Shown in pieces: positions 57,342 to 64,000 of a stretch of 64,000 nt of DNA. The notes under the pieces are model-generated. The model saw nothing but the letters and a program-made list of their open reading frames with translations. It was not told the DNA's origin and made no database searches. Within the stretch, counting starts at the first letter, position 1. Each line of letters opens with the position of its first letter. Origin of the DNA: the human T2T-CHM13v2.0 reference genome, Homo sapiens. The stretch is from assembly GCF_009914755.1 (NCBI RefSeq), contig NC_060930.1; one strand, given 5' to 3'. The translations under genes were made by a program, and so were the position numbers.

Positions 57342-58848
57342 TTTATGCGATGCATAAATATTTTGTTACAGAGTACAAAAATACTTTTCACGTTTTGGTT
57401 GATTCAAGGTTTGGAAAGAATGAGGAGCAGCGGCAGGCAGAGTGACTGTGGAGAGGTGAACAGTACGGCAGAGAGGGCATTCCTATGACTGTTGGCGCAT
57501 CCGAGGAGATAGGAGCAGAGAAGCCCAATTTGAAAGGAAAAGGCAAATGCCATCTATCTGTTGGGTGGAGGCAGGCGCTGAGTCTGGAAGCGTGTGGGGC
57601 CACGGAGCTGGGGGCTCGGGCCTCCCTGAAGCGTGGTGGGTGCAGGGGCGAGGCGAGCAGAGAGAGGCCAGGCAGGATGAACCACCGGGGGCCAGGACCT
57701 GTTGCTATGGTGACAGCGTGAAAACAAACTGTACACTCACATATACACAAGCGTAAGCGTCTTCATTCGTGCCAGGAAACATGCAAAATTAAACGCCTCG
57801 TTTCCTCGAGCGGGAGCTACCGAAGCAAAGTTGGGTGGGAGGTCAAGCCTTGCAGGGTCCAAGTGATCCTCCGAGCTGGATCTGAGCGCCTCAGCGAGAA
57901 GGTCCCCAAATCCTCCTGGGAGGCGTTGGAGAAAGGCTTGAGTGTGCAGAAAAAGGCTGAGGAAGAGGAGGAAGGGGAAACAGGAAGGAGTCCACTGTGT
58001 CAGGCTTAGGATTCACAATTTCTGGGGGGCAGCGGCAGCTCTGCACAGGCCGCCCGGGGGCGGGGGCGGTGGGAGCTCAGGGCGCCTGTCCCGGCACCAC
58101 CACAGATTCCCAGAACCAACTCCCCGGTGACCAGACTGAAGAACTAACAGAACTGACGATACTTCCATCCTTGCTGGGTGGTGTCAGAGGAAGGGAACCA
58201 GCGCACCTGGCATGGAGGGCGGCGGCAACGGTAGTGGCAGCTGGGTAGGTGAACGCAGCATGGGTGATGGCTGGGGTCAGCTCTGTGGTGTACAAAGGAT
58301 AAGGGCCCAGGCCTCTGGGCATGCAGGCATCAGAGCAGCCCCCATCAGGTCATAGGGGTCCCGAGCGATGAAGTAAGTGTGCTCCTAGGTGGGGTGCATG
58401 TTGGTGGGATTTGGAGTTGCCATTAGCTTGCTCTTGGCCATCTTGGTGTTGGCTTTGGCAAACTCTAGCCTCATGATCTGTGGGTTTTCGGGATCTAAGC
58501 GAATATCGTTCAGCGCATTTTTGGCCGCTTCTGCTCCTGCCCCGCTGTCAAAGATCACAAAACAGGCTGTCTCGCGGTGAGCTTGAGTAGGGACTCTTCA
58601 TACCCCTTGAACGGCCGGAAGATCAAGTAGGGTTCTCTGGGTTTAATGTCCATGGGGAGGCCGCTGATAGTGTCCGGACCTCCTCTTCCAGGACGCCGCC
58701 GGAACCCGCGCTGGAGCCAGTACAGGTGCTGCCGCCGCGCTGGCCCTCCCGCTACAGGTTGCTCCTGGTGCGGGGGAGGGGGCGGGGCGGCGGGAAGGGA
58801 ACGTCCCGGCGAGCACGGCCGCGGCGCCGGCCCCAGCGTTCAGTGGGC
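57342..58848 (-). pseudogene. RBPMS2P1: RBPMS2 processed pseudogene (5'UTR remnant, decayed CDS 58766-58144, ~0.8 kb 3'UTR)
   Basis: Minus strand gives LEEEVRT..., [88 protein letters not shown]; intronless; ATG>AGG, TAG at codon 5 (58752-58754), several small frameshifts; TSD atggttgccttt at 57330-57341 and 58849-58860. The P1 symbol is from recall. Confidence 0.95.
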
Positions 58849-58880
58849 ATGGTTGCCTTTAAGTCCTGGAACTTTGGAAG

Positions 58881-59189
58881 TTTTTTTTGTTGTTGTTTTT
58901 TTTTTGTGGAGACGGAGTCTCCCTCTGTCGCCAGGCTGGGGTGCAATGGCGCGATCTCGGCTCACGCAACCTCCGCCTCCCGGGTTCGAACGATTCTCCT
59001 GCCTCGGCCTCCCGAGTAGCTGGGACTACAGGCGCCCACCACCACGCCTGGCTAATTTTTGTCTTTTTAGTAGAGACGGGGTTTCACCACGTTGGCCAGG
59101 CTGGTCTCGAACTCCTGACCTCAGGGATCCGCGCGCCTCAGCCTCCCAAAGTGCTAAGATTACAGACATGAGCCACCGCACCCGGCCTG
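58881..59189 (-). mobile_element. AluS-like with unusually many retained CpGs
   Basis: Reverse Alu with ggccaggctggtctcgaactcctgacctcagg; flanking tggaag repeat. Confidence 0.93.
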
Positions 59190-59696
59190 GAAGATTTTTT
59201 TTCTTCATTCTGTTTTCCTATTTTTCAAATACTTCATATCAAAAAGTATACATTATTTTTGTGATGGAAAAATTCTTAAATTCCTTAGGAAACTTTAAAT
59301 GAAGTATAAATAATTTATAATCTCATGCACTAGTACAGCTAATTTTATTTTTACATATTCTCTTCTAGCTACTTTTCTTTTCACATACTATTGTACATAG
59401 TTATAATCAACATAAGTAGTTTCATATTTTAATTTCATTGCACATTTTTAAATATTTTCATGTTATTACATACTATTCATAATTGCCTTTTTCAGAGCTG
59501 TGTAGTACACCTGCATGATCAAATGCTATAATTTACTATAATTTGCAGTTTTCTACTTTAGGGCATTGAAACTTATATAACTATTTTTCTATAGTAGGTG
59601 ATAAACATTATTGCATTAAGCTACATTTCTATTCTTTTTGAACTTATTTTACAAAGGAAACTTACCTTGTATAAAATTGTAAGATTGCTGATTATA

Positions 59697-60128
59697 TAGC
59701 AAAGACATAGACTCAATCTAAGTGCCCATCAGTGACAGATTTGATAAAGAAAATGTGTTACATACACACCATGGATACTATGCAGTCATAAAACAGAATG
59801 AGATCATGTCCTTTGCAGGAACACAAATGGAGCTGGAGGCCATTATCCTCACCAAACTAACACAGGAACAAAAAACCAAATACCACATGTTCTCACTTTT
59901 AAGTGGGAGCTAAATGAGGAGAACACATGGACACAAAGAGGGGAAAAACACACACTGAGGCCTACTTGAGGGTGGATGGTGGGAGGAGAGAGAGGATCAG
60001 AAAAAGTAACTGTTGGATAGTTCCTGGGTGATTAAATAATCTGTACAACAAACCTGAGTTTACCGATATAATAAACCTTCTCATGTACCCCTGAACTTAA
60101 AAGTTTAAAAATCAAAAATAAAAATAAA
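59697..60128 (+). mobile_element. L1PA(old)/L1PB 3' end inserted into an antisense L1M
   Basis: ORF 59722..59913 L1 C-terminal remnant; 16-bp TSD aagattgctgattata at 59681-59696 and 60129-60144. Confidence 0.9.
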
Positions 60129-60564
60129 AAGATTGCTGATTATACATTAAGTATTTTATTGTCATAAAAATTAATCCAATTTATATTGTCACCAGCAATG
60201 TCAAAGTGTACCAAATTCATGTCAATTTTTATTAGTTATTATTCTTTTGCAAATTAAATCGGTACAAGTTCATGCTTTTAATTTACAATTTTAAAATTTC
60301 TAGTAAGGCTGAATAATTTTCAGTCATTTTTTGCTAGTCTTTCCTGACTGACTTATTTGTACATATATATTTTGGATTGTGATTCATTCAGATAAGTTCC
60401 TTATACATTGTGGATATTAAGCCTTTTTTATATTTTGGAATTCTTCCCTAATGAAGAATTTTTGGCATTGTAATTTAGTTATTGTGGGTAGCACCATGTT
60501 CTGTCTTCATGATCAAAGCTGCCAGCTCTCTCCTTTATAATTTCTTCTATTGCCCCAAATGTGA

Positions 60565-60937
<373 letters not shown>

Positions 60938-61579
60938 TTCCGCTATGTTTTTGACAATTGGGTTTTATTTTTGTCTGTGACTGTGTAAGCTGCTTGTGTT
61001 TAAAAGCAGTAGTGATTTCTTTAAAAGAGAAAGAGGGCCAAAGCCTGAGAAGAGGGGGTTTTTTGATGGCTGCGAGTAGAAGACAATGACTGGAATTCAG
61101 CAGGCTGAGGCCTTCAAGCTCAATTAAAGATGACTAGAATGTTGTGATAGGACAAAACCTTGTTCCTGTATCACCAATTTATCAAAGGATTTTTAAATTG
61201 TTTTTCTGTTTTTTATGATGTAGTCATTTACTGCTGTCTTGTGAGGCACGTATGTTGTCTCAAATTGCTCCTCTGCAAAATATATCAGCAGCACCAAGGA
61301 ACACAGGATGGCGGATTAGCCAAACACTGCTCAGCTCTGGCTGAGGGAGACCAGGAGATGTCATTTTTCTACCTACAACCAGTGGTCTTTGCCCTTGGCT
61401 ATACATCGCATTCTTCCAGAGAGCTGGGAACTCCAACGCCTGGGTCCTAGCCTTTGGTTTCTAATGTTATTGGTCTTGAGAGCATCCTCATTATTGGGAT
61501 TTTTTTTTAACACTCCCCAAATGATTTTAATGTGCAGCCAAGGTTGAAACCCACTGTAATCATTTCATCAAGAAATGCA

Positions 61580-62255
61580 AAGAAGATATCCAAAAGAAAA
61601 GAAGTCAATATATTGAAGAGATATCTGTACTCCCATGTTTATTGCAACACTATTCACAATATCCAAAATATGGACTTAACCTAAGTGCCCGTCAGTGAAT
61701 GAATAAAGAAAATGTGGTATAGATACACAATGAAATATTATTCATCCATTAAAAAGAATGAAATCCTGTCATTTGCAGCAACATGGATAGGACTGGAGGC
61801 CATTATGTTAAGTGAAATGGGCCAGGCACAGAAAGAAATAGATCATATGTGCTCATTCATATGTGGGACCGAAAAAAGTGGATCTCATGAAGACAGAGCT
61901 TAGACTGGTGGTTTCCAGAGGCTGGGAAGAGAAGTTGGAAATTGGAAGAATGGGAATGAAGAGAGGTTAATTAATGGCTACAGTCTGATAGAAGAAATCA
62001 GTCCTAGCGTTTGATAGGTCAGTAGGGTGACTATAGTTTACAGTAATCTGTTGTATATTTCAAATAGCTCAAATAGCTAGAAAAGAATAATTCAAATGTT
62101 TCTAGCATAAAGAAAAGACAGATATTTAAGATGATGGATAGCCCAAGTACACTGACTTGATCTTTACAAGTTTTATGAATGTAATAAATTATCACATGTA
62201 CTCCAAAAAAATGTACATCTATGTATCAATGAAAAATAGAATTATTTTTAAAAAG
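61580..62255 (+). mobile_element. L1MA 3' end
   Basis: ORF 61712..61903 (YTMKYYSSIKKNEILSFAATW); L1MA 3'UTR; flanking aagaaatgca repeat. Confidence 0.88.
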
Positions 62256-62481
62256 AAATGCAGAAAGAATCTAATCCGTAAAAGAAGGTGACTAAGAAAA
62301 AGAACTAGAAACTACCTGTCCTTCTTCCATAAATACCTTCAATTTGATGGTAAAATTTCATAGTGGAAATAGAAATATGGTTTTTGGACACAGCAGAAGT
62401 TTCCAAAATGGTCTTCTTTACCATCCTCTCTCTTCATCATCTCAAGTCCAAGTGGCCCTTTCCAAACAGTATAGAAAGTAG

Positions 62482-62849
<368 letters not shown>

Positions 62850-63331
62850 CTTAGCTCTTTTTAAATGTCAGGGAACAGAGTACTTGAAAGCAAATCCTTA
62901 ACACTGCTAATCAATAGGAAACAGGAAAGGCTTGGGGAAGATAAACAGTTGTATTTTATATTTATTTTTCTCCCTAATGCCAAGCATGGACCATTCATGG
63001 GGCTAGATCTGCCAGGGAGGATCCCAAGAGGATCCCTCACAGAGAGCAGGACTTTGGGGAGGACCTTATTCCATTGGCATTTTGCCCTTTTCTGAGTAGG
63101 TTTTGACTAGGTGCTCACATGAGTTCACGGTCCCATAACCTACATCTCCCAAAATACCAGGACAGAGAGGCAAGTGTGTAGTTGGAGAACAGAGGGCCAG
63201 CCTCAGCTGGAAATATAGCCCCTCCTAAGTACCTTAGCATTCAGAGGGGTTTAAGCCCCTAGGAGTAATAAGAAAGACATTTAATGTGTTACTAACTTCA
63301 CTGGAAATAAAATTGACAACTCAAGATATAG

Positions 63332-63725
63332 CAGGTCCACAAATAAAATTGTTTCCTTCATCATCGTTTTGTTAGATGGATGAGGAAAAAAAAATTGGTT
63401 CTTGGCTGGACCACTGTCTGTGTGGAGTTGGCACATCCTCCTCAGGCCTGCATGGATTTTCTGCAGGTTCTCTGGTTTCCTCCCATATCCCAAAGCTGTG
63501 CACTGAAGTTCATTGACGTGTCTAAATGATCCTCATCTGAGTGAGTGTGGGGGTGTGTGTGAGCATGCTCTGCTCTGAGATGTGCCCTGTCCATGGCTGT
63601 TAGCTGCCTTGTGCCCTCTGCTGCCAGGATGGGCTCCAGCCACCCTCAACCCTGGACTGAAATAAGTGGGTTGGAAAATAAATGAATGAATGAATGAATA
63701 CAAATTATTGTAAAATCAAAATGTG
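63332..63725. mobile_element. Tigger3/MER7-like DNA transposon fragment
   Basis: ctgtgtggagttggcacatcctcc...tctggtttcctcccatatcccaaag. Confidence 0.7.
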
Positions 63726-63727
63726 TC

Positions 63728-64000
63728 AGACCAGACTCAGTGGCTCACACCTGTAATTCCACAATTTGGGAGGCCTAAGTGGGAGGATCATTTGAGATCA
63801 GGAGTTCAAGACCAGCCTGGGCAACATAACAAGACCTCTCCATCTCTGCAAAGAATTAAAAAATAAAAATAAAAACTAGCCAGACATGGTGACCTGTGCC
63901 TGTAGTACTAGCTACTAGGGATGCTAAGGAGGAAGGATAACTTGAGCCCAGGAGTGAAGTTGCAGTTACCTATGATCACACCACTGCACTCTAGCCTAGG
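63728..64000 (+). mobile_element. AluJ-like, truncated by window end
   Basis: Diverged dimer. Confidence 0.9.

Noticed and set aside
58077-58322. ORF containing RBPMS2 C-terminal residues
   Set aside because: Frameshift-bounded pseudogene fragment without the RRM; nothing supports translation
58646-59302. 218-aa ORF on + strand
   Set aside because: Antisense reading of the RBPMS2 pseudogene running into an Alu

Overview
Primate (human-like) genomic DNA from the middle of KCNQ5 (Kv7.5 M-channel), gene on the + strand. Six exons are readable by splice sites, phase and translation: the pore/S6 exon (5877-5987), the S6-helix A exon (11926-12021), 21103-21197, a 27-nt microexon (25106-25132), an alternative 57-nt exon (30407-30463) and 34034-34254. 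The rest is intron filled with L1, Alu, MaLR solo LTRs, MIR/L2 and DNA-transposon fossils, plus an antisense, CpG-rich RBPMS2 processed pseudogene (57342-58848) with a 12-bp target-site duplication. Best leads: (1) a candidate third in-frame cassette, a 21-nt microexon at 32757-32777 (inserts WGQWTLR), with an upstream alternative acceptor that would give a 69-nt poison form; (2) a dense RBFOX/QKI/SRRM4/RBPMS-type splicing code around the cassette cluster; (3) an RE1/REST site with a perfect core; (4) co-oriented CTCF-like motifs downstream of four exons; (5) a 58-bp-stem fold-back hairpin at 51161-51287; (6) the RBPMS2 retrocopy as a possible orphan CpG island and antisense source, bracketed by inverted Alus. 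Exon numbers, repeat subfamilies and literature statements are from recall and were not checked with tools. Almost all ORFs in the supplied track are repeat-derived or chance.
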